Source: Mustelus asterias (taxonomy: Eukaryota). From it: a stretch of DNA of 64,000 nucleotides. The translations under genes and the position numbers were made by a program. Shown one piece after another: positions 49,909-60,779 of the stretch. The DNA lies in contig NC_135818.1 in assembly GCF_964213995.1 (NCBI RefSeq), positions 64,356,001 through 64,420,000 of the forward strand. The letters are read 5' to 3'. The stretch's first letter is position 1. Every line of letters starts with the position of its first letter. A model generated the notes under the pieces. It had not been told where the DNA came from. It did no database searches and worked only from the letters and a program-made list of their open reading frames with translations.

Positions 49909-50231
49909 GTAAGAACATAATTTATGGAGCTTAACAAAGTTGCCTTTAAATTGCTATTTGTCGGTTTTTATTTTCCACTCTTTTCACTTCTTGTAGAATT
50001 CCATTAACTGGCACCAGCAGCCCTCTGCTAAGTGTCCATTTTTCAATCTTTGCAAGCAAAGTGACTGTAGTTGGCTGATCCTGCCACTCAATGGTCAAAT
50101 ATTTGGGCTATTTTAGGGGATACAGTCAGGAACCTAAATCTTGCCTGCAATTTCCCCACATTCTTTCTCGAGGACAGTGAGACCAATTATAGAAATCTAG
50201 CTGGATTTGAAATCAACCAACCCTTGAATAA

Positions 50232-51175
50232 TAGGGGTAATTCTCCCACCCAGCTGCGTTAATTTTTTAGTGCAGTGGGCCGGGATAATCTCGCGGCGGG
50301 CAATGCGTGATATTCGCACGTGCGTTCCTGCCGTGAGAGCGTGTCCCAGCGCTGGATTTCCAGCAGCGTCTGTTCCACGCTGGAAATCGGTGGGGTAAGT
50401 ATTTCAATCCCAATTTTAATATAATTTAAATGATATTTGCACCGAAGTCTCTGGGCCCACTAGCATCCCCCCCCCCCCCCCCCCCCCCCAAGAGTGTTTC
50501 ACTCCAGCGGGGTTTGGAGTAGCTCCCCACTTTCGGGGAACTAGCAGCCCAACCCCCACTAGAGTGAAGGAGGGGTAATTAAGGGCCCCCCCCCAGATGG
50601 TCGGGCGACGGTGCATTGGCACCTGGGCATTGCCAGCCTGTGCCCTGGCACTACCCAAGGGGGCAAAGTGCCAATGCCCAGGGGCATTGGCCTCGGGGCA
50701 ATAGGAGTAGGGGATCCCACTGCCACTCTGCATAGGGATTGGTGGGGGAAGGAGGGAGGGCAGCGACCAGGGTGGGCTGGGGCAGTCAGCCTGCTGGGGC
50801 TGTTTGGCACTGTGGGGGTGGCGTTGTGGCTGGGCCCAGGAATGGTTGGTTGGGGGGGTAGGTGTTGCGAGGGTTCATGGGGCTGACCAGTGATTGAGCT
50901 GGCCAGCAATCGGGAGGCCAGCAGTGCAGGGCCACTGCGCATGTGTCGATCTCGTCACTGACAGACCGGTGCATGTGCAGTGGCCCACTCAGCATGCTGA
51001 TTTCAGCCTGTCCAGTGGGAATAGACCCCGCCACCTGAAATTTTAATATTCATGCTGGTGCCCTCTATTGCACAGTGTAGGAGATTCTTCGCTGAACTAC
51101 CACTGAAAAAAAGTGTGAATTACTCGTTTTCACGCAAATTTGACACTTCAAATTTCTTTGACAGAATTCCACCCA
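50232..51175. mobile_element. GC-rich MITE-like element
   Basis: Ends GGGGTAATTCTCCC...GAATTCCACCC. Related to 22850-23530. Confidence 0.6.
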
Positions 51176-51305
51176 CTTACCAAGTCCTAGTGGCCTGTAT
51201 TGAACATTATCTTTACCAATGTCTCCCAGTGAGGGAGCTTATGTTTTGAATGACTAATACTTACCAGTTGTCTCCTTTCATTTTATTAATATTTTGCCTC
51301 TGCAG

Positions 51306-51403
51306 TGGGATGAAGCACTCCTGACTATGAGTAAAGGAGAAAAAGCCTGTCTACAGATTGAATCTGACTGGGGATATGGTAAGAAAGGGAAGCCAGAAGC
51401 CAA
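51306..51403 (+). CDS. FKBP3: FKBP3 exon 6
   Basis: WDEALLTMSKGEKACLQIESDWGYGKKGKPEA, followed by the U12 donor GTATCCTTT. Confidence 0.95.
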
Positions 51404-51909
51404 GTATCCTTTCCTTCACAATTGGCTGGTGAAAGTATTTTAAATATTGTAACTAGAGGAGCTCAGCTACAGTACTTCTATAGACAGTCCAAAGATGTGC
51501 CGGTTAGGTGGATTGGCCACGTTAAATTGCCCCTTAGTGTTAAAAAATGTGTAGGTTAGATGGGTTAGTCATGGTAAATACGCAGGGTTACGGCAGAGGT
51601 AGGCCTGGGTAAGATGCTCTTTTGGCGAGTCAGTGGGCCAAATAGCCTCTTTCTGCACTGTAGGGATTCTATGTAAGAATGACTGTATTTCCAATCTGCG
51701 ACCATTGATAACTGATAAAACTAGATTTTGAGGTGAAAAACATTTATAGGTTTGCAAACCAGTTTACCCATCAGAATATTTTTATATTTGGCAATGAACC
51801 AAGTGTGCATGATATAAAATACATTTTATTTTACTAAGAAATTGGTAACGTGTTAAAAGATTGCGTTTGAATTTTTGGTACTTACTGATTCTCCTTAACT
51901 GCATAACAG
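51404..51909 (+). other. U12-type (minor spliceosome) GT-AG intron of FKBP3, containing a SINE fragment (about 51485-51672)
   Basis: 5' site GTATCCTTT at 51404, branch site TCCTTAAC at 51892-51899, AG at 51908-51909, no polypyrimidine tract. Confidence 0.93.
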
Positions 51910-51964
51910 CATTCCACCAAACGCTAAGCTCATTTTTGAAGTTGAACTCGTGGATATTGACTAA
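51910..51964 (+). CDS. FKBP3: FKBP3 exon 7 (last coding)
   Basis: (N)IPPNAKLIFEVELVDID-stop. Total CDS 675 nt, i.e. 224 aa. Candidate AATAAA at 52223-52228. Confidence 0.96.
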
Positions 51965-53858
51965 CGAAATGCAACTTATTCAGGTTTATGCTTCAAAATA
52001 CTGCCTCTGAATTGTCCAGAAATATCTTTCAGTTAAAACAATCTTTGTTAAATGTAAAAATATGCAACTAATGAACAAAATTGTGTATTTGTATAGGATG
52101 TTACTGAACATGACATACCACGCTGGAGTGTGTGAAATACAGCTGATTTACTTTGCCGATTACTTTAATTCTTGCACTTCAGAACATGGTGATGCTTGTG
52201 ATAATTGTTCATGTTCTAAACAAATAAATTTTGGAGCTGCTGCAGATTTTTTTGATGTCCATGCATTGTATCTTTTTAAACAATGTTAGTGTTAAATTTA
52301 ATTACATTATGACACTACACTGTATAATCATGGAAGCAGCTAAGATCAGTCTTTTACGCTGTATGTACGTGTGGCTTCCCTACAAGTGGGGCACTGCTAG
52401 TGGCTATGGAGCCTGATCTTGAGAGAACCAGGCTACCTGCCCATGTTTACCATCCAGTGACCCCAGGAGGAAAGGGTGAGAGTTTGCATTTTTTATGCCA
52501 AGACAAGGGCAGCAGCAGCAACTGGCAGACAAGTCAGTGCTTTCAAAGCAAGTGGGGCAAAAAATTAATCTAGTAAATTTTGCATTTGCACTGAGTCTTT
52601 TAAACATTTGTGCAGCAAATTTGGCTGCAGCACTTCCTTCTTCCAAATCATTAATATATATTGTGAAGAGTGGTATTCCCAGCACTGATCCCTGTGGCAT
52701 TCTAACCAGAAAAAGACCCCCTCCCCTACTGCTGCTTATAGCAGCTCCCAGAAGATATGTTATCATGGTATGTTACATTTGTTTGCCTTGTACCATCCTC
52801 CCACATCAACTGAAGTTCATCTACCAACTGTTCTGTGATGTCTGTCATCTAAGTACATGTAGGATAATTCTTCTTGCTGCCCTCATCATGGTACTTTTCC
52901 AAAATGGCAATTGTATTTCTGGTTGTCACTTGGCTCAGCTATGTTTCAAAGCTCTCCCCTTTCATCCATGGGAACATGTTCCTCCTCACCAAGTTGTTGG
53001 CTATCTCTATCCTATTGGCACCACATCTACCATCTGTTAACATTTGTCCAAATCAGATAAAACCTATCCACTTATTCCAATGTTACACCATGCATTTTAA
53101 GCTTCAATCTAGTTTCTTCCAACTACTATTGTTTTTGTCCTTCCAGTGTTCATGATCAATCTATAAACATTGGTGTAAATGAATGGACTTAGTAAAAGGG
53201 TGGATTAGATCTAAACACCCCTGCATTAAAGAGCATATGCTGGCTAAATATCTAGTGATTTACACATCCCAAGCACTTGAGTAGTAGAACATGCCAGCAA
53301 TGTTGTTTACTTATCACCTCTAGCTAGGAGATAATTTAGTAATACAAGATAAGAATTTTAACACAATATGGAACTGATTTGTGTATGTATACATATGAAA
53401 TATAAGCAGACAGAATATTTTATGAATGTTATTTGTCTCAGCCATGTGTTAAGCCCTCCCCTTTCATCCATAGGAACATATTTCTCTTCCCCCACCAAGT
53501 TTTGTTGTTGGTAACATATCCTTTAAAAATACTTCTGGCTATCTCTATCCTATTGGCACCAAATCTACCATCTGTTAACATTTGCCCTAATCAGATAAAA
53601 CCTATCCACTTATTCCAATGTTACACCATGCATTTTAAGCTTCAGCGTACAAGTGATGGAAACAAAAATCCAGGACTACACACAATTTAAGTGTTTTTAT
53701 TAGTCATTACAGAATTTAAATGACTAATATTACATAAGCCAATTACTTTATTTTTGAAATTTCCTGTACAGTGAACCATGCTGACAACAGAGTGAAGCAC
53801 AGACCTAAATTCATTATTGACTCAAAGTCAGCTTCTGATAGCAGAAAAGCAACAAAAT

Positions 53859-53984
53859 TTAGGAGTTTGAATTTGGTCCCTTCCTCTTGCCAAAGTATGG
53901 CACAATGTTTACGAAACGGCGATTGTACTGCATGCGTCTCTTTGCTCGGCCAGTCTTCTTTTTCCTCTTCTCTTGCTTTGCAAC
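53859..53984 (-). CDS. FAU: FAU last coding exon (RPS30/eS30 C-terminus)
   Basis: [41 protein letters not shown]-stop. Minus-strand AATAAA at 53747-53752. Confidence 0.96.
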   Translation of the reverse strand, partial: VAKQEKRKKKTGRAKRRMQYNRRFVNIVPYFGKRKGPNSNS

Positions 53985-54316
53985 CTACACATTAATTATT
54001 AGCTGCATTAATTTGTGAAAATTCACAATACAAATACAAAACATGACCAGTTCTTGTCACCAGATATAGTAGAATACAAGACTCTAGAGACCATTTGAGC
54101 ATGTAGCAGTCTTATAAAGAAGTGTAATCACACACAACCCACTTGCTGGTTTTAACAGGCTTGTCATTCCCAGCTGCAAAGCTAGACATCTGTTCCACTG
54201 AAAAGTGTACTTCGATGAATAATTTACCATAGTAGTGTTAACACTTCAACCAAACTGGAAAATAGCTTCACACCAGAATAGACAAATGCCAATCAAAAGT
54301 AAAAACAGATTCTATT

Positions 54317-54577
54317 AGGGGCAGCACGGTGGCCTCAGCTCCAGGGACCTGTGTTCGATTCCTGGTTTGGGTCACTGTCTGCATGGAGTTTGCACCCAGT
54401 GTCTGCGTTGGTTTCCTCCCACAGTCCAAAGATGTGAGGGTTAGGTGCATCAGCCATGCTAAATTGCCTGGGGTGCGTAGGTTAGAGGGATTAGCGGGGT
54501 AACAGAAATAGGGATTGTTGTCGGTGCAGACTGGATGGGCCGAAATACCTTCTTCTGCACTGTAGGGTTTCTATGAT
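54317..54577 (+). mobile_element. HE1/V-SINE-like SINE
   Basis: GGGGCAGCACGGTGG...CACTGTAGGGTTTCTATGA. Confidence 0.8.
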
Positions 54578-54731
54578 TTGGAAGCTACTCATGATTTAAG
54601 AGGCAGGACAATTCAGATCTCCACTTGATTCAGTGAATGGCAAGTGATTACAACAAACTGATTTTTACATACACAATTTTGATATGTCACAAAAGCTACA
54701 GTAAAATCTCCTACAAATGCTTTCAGCTTAC

Positions 54732-54787
54732 CTTTGGAGTTTGACCTTTTACTTTTCCAGCTCGGGCAAGGGATCCATGGACCTTGC
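54732..54787 (-). CDS. FAU: FAU coding exon 3 (start of RPS30)
   Basis: (G)KVHGSLARAGKVKGQTPK, 56 nt, phase 1/0. Confidence 0.96.
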
Positions 54788-55616
54788 CTGACAAGAGAAA
54801 AGGGAATAGCACTTAATATACTTCAAGACCAGGACATCAAACTGATTCCCTTGCAGTACTCATCATGCAACAGCTACCATAAATTTCTGGAGGTGGACAC
54901 ATGAACACTTATCCACATGCCTCGATTGACTATATAGCTGTTATCAGAGGGATGTTTGCATGTGGTCACCATGCTACTTCTGAAGAACTTATGCACATGT
55001 TGGACAACTCAAATCACCAGACGTTCAGTGAATGACCAAGTGACCATCTGCTTTCCGGGAAAGATTTGGAGGATAGAAAACAATAAGTTTCAGCTGCTTT
55101 AAGATGTTGCAATTGGCAATGGAACTCAGAACCACTCTGTGGTAGTGTACGTAATCCACACAATACAGGCAGGGGTGCAGTACCTAACAAAATCATTTGT
55201 TGTTGACAAAAAATCTAAAACTATCATTGCCGGTTGGAAGGCTGAGTTTCTCATTCCAAACCAGGCCACCATCTGCAGGGAACAAAAAAAAAATGAAGAA
55301 AGGCTCAGTCACTTAAGGGGGGGAAAACATGGTTTGTGGAGATCACTTTTCCAGCAATAGAATGGCATATGCCAGATCATTTGTTTGAACCAAGATTACC
55401 CCTGAAGCACATGGGAATATTTTGATGCAGTCAGATTTGTACACATTTAAAGGGAAAACTAGGTAATTGCACAAAGGAATAGATGGCTGAAGTTAGATGA
55501 AAGAGTGGAACGAGGTTCTTGATTCAAAAGAACCATCAGCATAGAGCAGATGAAATTATATTAGATTAATTATATAGTAAAGTAAGGTGGAAAATTGAAG
55601 TCAGTAAAATACATAC

Positions 55617-55761
55617 CACCCAACAACCGAGCAACCACTTCGAGAGTGCAGTGCTCACTGATACCACATTGGCCAATGATGGCATCATCAGCTAAGGGAG
55701 TGCCAGACAAAAGGACAACTTGGTCAACAGCAGAGACTCCTTCCAGGGATTCAACATGGGC
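55617..55761 (-). CDS. FAU: FAU coding exon 2 (FUBI ubiquitin-like domain)
   Basis: [48 protein letters not shown](G), 145 nt. Confidence 0.95.
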
Positions 55762-56089
55762 CTAGATCAACAAAAAACAAATCAGACTGAAACAAATCCT
55801 TCTGTCAAGCAAACCTGAATCATCCAATAATCAATTTACATAATCATTTTAAGATTCAACTGAAACAAACTAAAAATAGCCTGTCCCAATTTTTTTCCAG
55901 TTAACTTCAAATTTGCAACTAGCAAACAGTCAATTAAAAATTTTGATCATGGAATTATTCACTTTAATCTATAATATCCCAACATGGGTTAGCTTTTCCA
56001 TTTCTTACCAGCTACATCTTATGAGGAGCCAAATTAATGCAGTTAAGTGTTAGGACATTTAGATGAAAAGGTAATCTAAAAGCAAATGG

Positions 56090-56835
56090 GTGACAGTGGT
56101 TAGCACTGCTGTCTCAGTGCCAGGAACCTAGGCTCAATTCCAGCCATGGATGACTGTGTGGAGTTTGCACTTTCTCCCTGTGGGTTTCCTCCCACAGTCC
56201 AATGATGCACTCCTTTCCTTCCCTATGTACAGTATGCTTTATGTAGCGTGCAAGAAACAATACTTTTCATTGTATACGAATACACGTGACAATAATAAAT
56301 CAAATCAAGGTGTGGGCTAGGTTGATTGGCTGTGCTCAATTGCCCCTTAGTGTCAGGCGGAGTAGCAGGGTAAATATGTAGGGTTATGGGTTGGGTGGCA
56401 TTGTCAGTGCATGTTCGATGGGCCCAATGGCCTCTTTCTGCAGTGTAGGGATTCCACGATACAAGTATAATAGTGATCCTTACAACACACTCAATTTAAA
56501 CACCCCAAGCTTGATCTAATTACTACAGGTTTGGGTGTGATTTGCTGCCTAATCCCAAACCACAACCTTGCAAGTGGCACGGTGGCAGAGCGGTTAGCAG
56601 AAGCCTCACAGCGCCATAAACCCAGGTTCAATTCCGGCCTCGAGTGACTGTGTGTGGAGTTTGCACATTTTCCTCGTGTCTGTGTGGGTTTCCTCCCACA
56701 GTCCAAAGAAATGTGGGTTAGGTTGATTGGCCATGCCTTAGTATTGGGTGATTAGTAGGGTAAATGTGTGGTAACCGGGATAGGGCCTGGGTGGGATTGT
56801 ACTGGTGCAGGCTCCTTCTATACTGTAGAATTTTA
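56090..56835 (+). mobile_element. Two HE1/V-SINE-like SINEs, the first with a nested Rex1-like tail (about 56205-56308)
   Basis: SINE bodies at 56090-56460 and 56575-56835. The inserted piece ends GTGACAATAATAAATCAAATCAA, as in the Rex1 3' ends. Confidence 0.75.
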
Positions 56836-58295
56836 GAAACCAAAGAGCTGCAGTACTGACAGTGGCAATCATAACAATGAAAGCTGCCATAGAGCATGCT
56901 GACACAACACTTGGCAAATCACCCCACATTTACTGTCCAAAAGCCCAGTCACCTTTAATCAATGATCAGTTTGTAGAAATTGTCTTGGTGTCTCCATTCC
57001 AATGTACACCAGATCAATCTTTCAATGTAATATGTTCTGCAGCTATGATTATCTGATCCCTGCCCCCCTGACTACACCTCAAATGAAATGTGGGACATTT
57101 TGATATACTAAAGATGCTCTATATTAAATAAACATAAGTGGTGAATTAATTCCACAAATATGAACCCATTTTGAGTTTACACAATTGTAAATGTTCCTAA
57201 TCTCCCTAGACTATTTGTTCTTTGAAATATGTTCAAGATCAAATTTGCCCTGCAGTTTACTCTCAAAGTCACCAGGTGCTGGATTAGACAACGGTCCAGA
57301 AAATCAAATAGGGCCAACAAACCTTTAAACGAATGCTATTTTGGGGTATTTATGGTCTAATTAAGCAAAATAGTGTTAGCTCCAGGTTCCATTCTTCAAC
57401 ATCAAAGAACAAACCCATCCTAAATGAGAATATTTCCCTTTACAACAATTACCCAGTCATGTCCAACTAGCTAGCACCCACTACAAAAAGATCTGGGGCC
57501 AACCCTAACTCATTTCAGGTAGGACTCCAAGCGTGCAAGATTTCCCCAGCAGTTAAAGCTAGATTGAATCCAAAAACCCAAATGTGACAGGACACCGTGC
57601 TAAAAGACTGTACAATGCAATTCCAGCACTTATTTTGTGATACAGCCATTCCTATCATTGCCACCTGGTTGTGTTCTTACCCATTATGAAGCACATCAAT
57701 ACCCAAATCATAAACAGTGGAGCTGGAAATAAGTGCCAAATATGCAAAACCCTCAAACTGGATATACTTCAGACTTATCTGGTATGTCACAATCTAACAT
57801 TCCAAATCTGATCAATTTAACTGTAAATGAATTGGGATTCCTTTTGGTTCGATTGAGATATTCAAAAATCATGAATGGCCCAGAGTAGAAATCCCAATAC
57901 ACAGACCTCGTCCCCAGTTTTTCCCAATCCCAGATAATCACAAAGTTCAGGATTAATTAACATTCTTGTGTCTTGTGCCCTGCAGTCCTGAGGACATATA
58001 GAATGGCATGGTACAATCAAGTTACAGGCACTAACTTCTAAAGTGGATGCGCAATTTTACACTGCTGAACCACATTGTCATTAAATAGGATAGCATTACA
58101 GAAAATACGTGCTCTTAAACCAGCACATCAAAGCTGGAGATTAACGTTTTGTAAAAACCCAATTCAAAAATAAATTTCAGAACTAAAAGCCAAAAATGTG
58201 TCAGGTAACTGACACAAAAATAAACACTTAATATAGTACACACGAGAAAGATTTTGAACTTTACAAAGCAGTTCACCGTTCAGTAGACAGCCAAC

Positions 58296-58370
58296 CTTAA
58301 TTTCCCCAACAGTCTCTTCCCCAGTCACATCAAGAGTGTGGGTGTTTTGAGCACGTAGAAACAGCTGCAT
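58296..58370 (-). CDS. FAU: FAU first coding exon
   Basis: MQLFLRAQNTHTLDVTGEETVGEIK, with ACCACCATG context and acceptor at 58378-58379. Total CDS 402 nt, i.e. 133 aa. Confidence 0.95.
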
Positions 58371-59729
58371 GGTGGTTCTAGAGGGTAAAAGAAAATCTCT
58401 TCAGTGCGTGTAAAGATGATTTAAAGTCCCCCGATTCACCTTGTTTACACTCCCAATGTCAAAACCAGTTGCTGATTCTTAATTCCCAGTCAAATAAATA
58501 CAGGTCACTATCAGAATTGTTACAGCACAGGAGGCTATGAGCCCAATATGTTTGTACCTGCTCACCAAGCAACCAAATTCCTCTACTTCCGTCCTATAAC
58601 CCTGCACATTCTTCTTCCTTTTCACACAACAGTAATACCTCTTGAATACTTCAACTGAACCTGCCTTCACCACACTTTCTGGCAATATAGTCCTAGATGT
58701 AACCACCCACTGCACAAAAGCTTTTCTTTGTCGCTTTTGTTAATTACCATAAATCTGTGCGCTCTCACTCTCAAAGCTTTCACAAATATGAAGTTTCTTC
58801 CCATAAGCTCCATCTAGAAACCTTATGATCTTGAAGACTTTGATCAAAAGTCCTCTCAGCCTTATTGCTTCCAAGGAAAACAATCCCAATAAAATAAGTT
58901 CTTAGTAATTGTATGGTTTAAAATGTATCTAATTATTTGTTCGTCCCTTTGTACAAATGACTAATCGGGTGAATTTCATATTCAATGGTCATAAAAAACT
59001 AGTTCAATAAAGGATAAGTGACCACCTGCAACTATACATGACTCTAGATCCAATGTGGGTGGTTGGCTCTTGGGTGACTAAATAAGCCTTCATCAAACTG
59101 TTCCTGCACTGGATCCAACATCTTCGCATAGCAACTAGTGGCGAAGAGGCCATTTGGCCCATCGAGTCTGCACCAACTCTCCAACAGAGTATCTTTACTC
59201 AGACCCTCTTCCTGTGACCCCACATTTCCCATGGCCAACCCATCTAACCTACACAATTGGTAACGTTAATGCGACGATAAAACCTCTCTTCCTCCAGTTC
59301 AGACATGGACTTTAACCGGTCTGTGTTAAGATAACCGAGGATACACACTGGACAGCCAGCCGGGAAAATGCGACACGTCGTATAATGGAGGACGAACCGC
59401 GTGTCCGCAGATTCCCGAAACACGGGGACCGGCAGCGGACCCTTCAATAACAGACCCTCCCCAAAGGGCGCAGCAGCCCAGGCCCTGACAGCATCAAGAC
59501 ACCCCTTTCTTCCTCTCCGCACTCGGGCCCACGCCCCAGGCCTGAAGGGAAGCCCAGGCCACAGGCTCGGCGCCATTTTCATCCTCGCACACGCACAGCC
59601 CGAGGGGCCGCCACTCCACAGCCAACTCTTCAGAGTTACAGCCAGGACAAATCCGCCCTTAACGCTATTGACAACTCGCCAGCCGGCAAACGCTCCTTGA
59701 GAAGAAAGACGCGGACCCAGGAAACACAC

Positions 59730-59806
59730 CGAGAGAAGGCGGCCCGGGTTTCAGTGAAAACGGCCACAACCAGCTCGCCACCTCGCAACGGGGAGAAAGG
59801 GAGAGC
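59730..59806 (-). promoter_or_regulatory. Putative FAU non-coding exon 1 with 5' TOP/TCT start in CpG island
   Basis: Minus strand pyrimidine tract CTCTCCCTTTCTCCCC near 59805, candidate donor GTGTGT at 59729, YY1-like CGCCATTTT at 59571-59579. Exon limits are inferred. Confidence 0.5.
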
Positions 59807-59807
59807 G

Positions 59808-60020
59808 ACTGCGCACGCTCAATTTAACTACGGATAACCACAACTGCGCATGTGCATGTGCGAATGGCACCGCGCATGCTCAATTTATCAGCGAACAACC
59901 ACAACTGCGCATGCTCAGTTTAACTACGAACAACCACAACTGCGCATGCTCAGTTTAACTACGAACAACCACAACTGCGCAAGCTCAATTTAACTACGAA
60001 CAACCACAACTGCGCACGCG
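59808..60020. repeat. 35-bp tandem repeat (ACAACTGCGCATGCTCAGTTTAACTACGAACAACC) carrying NRF1-like motifs
   Basis: Units start at 59901, 59936, 59971 and 60006, with degenerate copies from 59808. Confidence 0.9.
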
Positions 60021-60482
60021 TACATTGTGCTGAGCTCATGGGCCGGAGTGCGCACGCCCAGTGGTCGGTTTCGGTGAGTTCTCGCGAGAGCAGAGGAGCC
60101 AGGCCAAGCTGTGAGGTCCGAGCGCACTCGTTACCTCCCAAAGCAATAGAATCGGCGCACAGAAACAGTTACCGCCTTCCACCCACACAGCCTGACCTCT
60201 GTCTTTCGGCTCTTGCTCGGACCTTCATCATCAACCATCATTTAAAAACTTGGCACCTGGTTTTTACAGCTTCAGCCGGTGCCCTTCCTGTCAGGGCCCA
60301 GCACCAGTACACACTTGTTTACCTGTACCAGTGGCTAGGTTCAATCACACACTCTGTCCCTCCTGCGCAAGCCTATCAGCAAGACATGCTAATTGATCTT
60401 ACTGAACCTGTCACTTTCCACTTACTAGTACTTAACTGTATTTTCAACAGTTGGCAGGCTGAATAGAAATCCTGGGCAGACT

Positions 60483-60775
60483 GGGTGGCACAGTGGTTAG
60501 CAGTGCTGCCTCACAGAGCCAGGGACCCGGGTTCAATGCCAGCCTAGGGTGACTGTGTGGAATTTGCACATTCTCTTCACGTCTGTGGACTTCCTCCCAC
60601 AGTCCAAAGGTTAGGTAGATTAGCCATGGAAAAACTGGCCTAGTGCCCCAAAAGGTGCAGGTGAGGTATATTAGCCACAGTAAATGGGTTAGGTAGCAGC
60701 GATAATATCATAGAAATCATAGAAACCCTACAGTGCAGAAGGAGGCCATTCGGCCCATCGAGTCTGCACCGACCA
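60483..60775. mobile_element. HE1/V-SINE-like fragments (plus 60483-60690, minus 60710-60775)
   Basis: GGTGGCACAGTGGTTAGC head and a reversed SINE tail CATAGAAACCCTACAGTGCAG. Confidence 0.75.
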
Positions 60776-60779
60776 CATA

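Noticed and set aside
22677-50489. Long G/C homopolymers (22677, 32952, 45082, 50467) as functional G-quadruplexes
   Set aside because: All lie inside repeats and homopolymer length is unreliable in assemblies. No independent support.
54790-54870. C/D box snoRNA in a FAU intron (minus-strand ATGATGA at 54860-54866)
   Set aside because: No downstream CTGA D box or terminal stem before the acceptor. A snoscan or Infernal search would be needed to exclude others.
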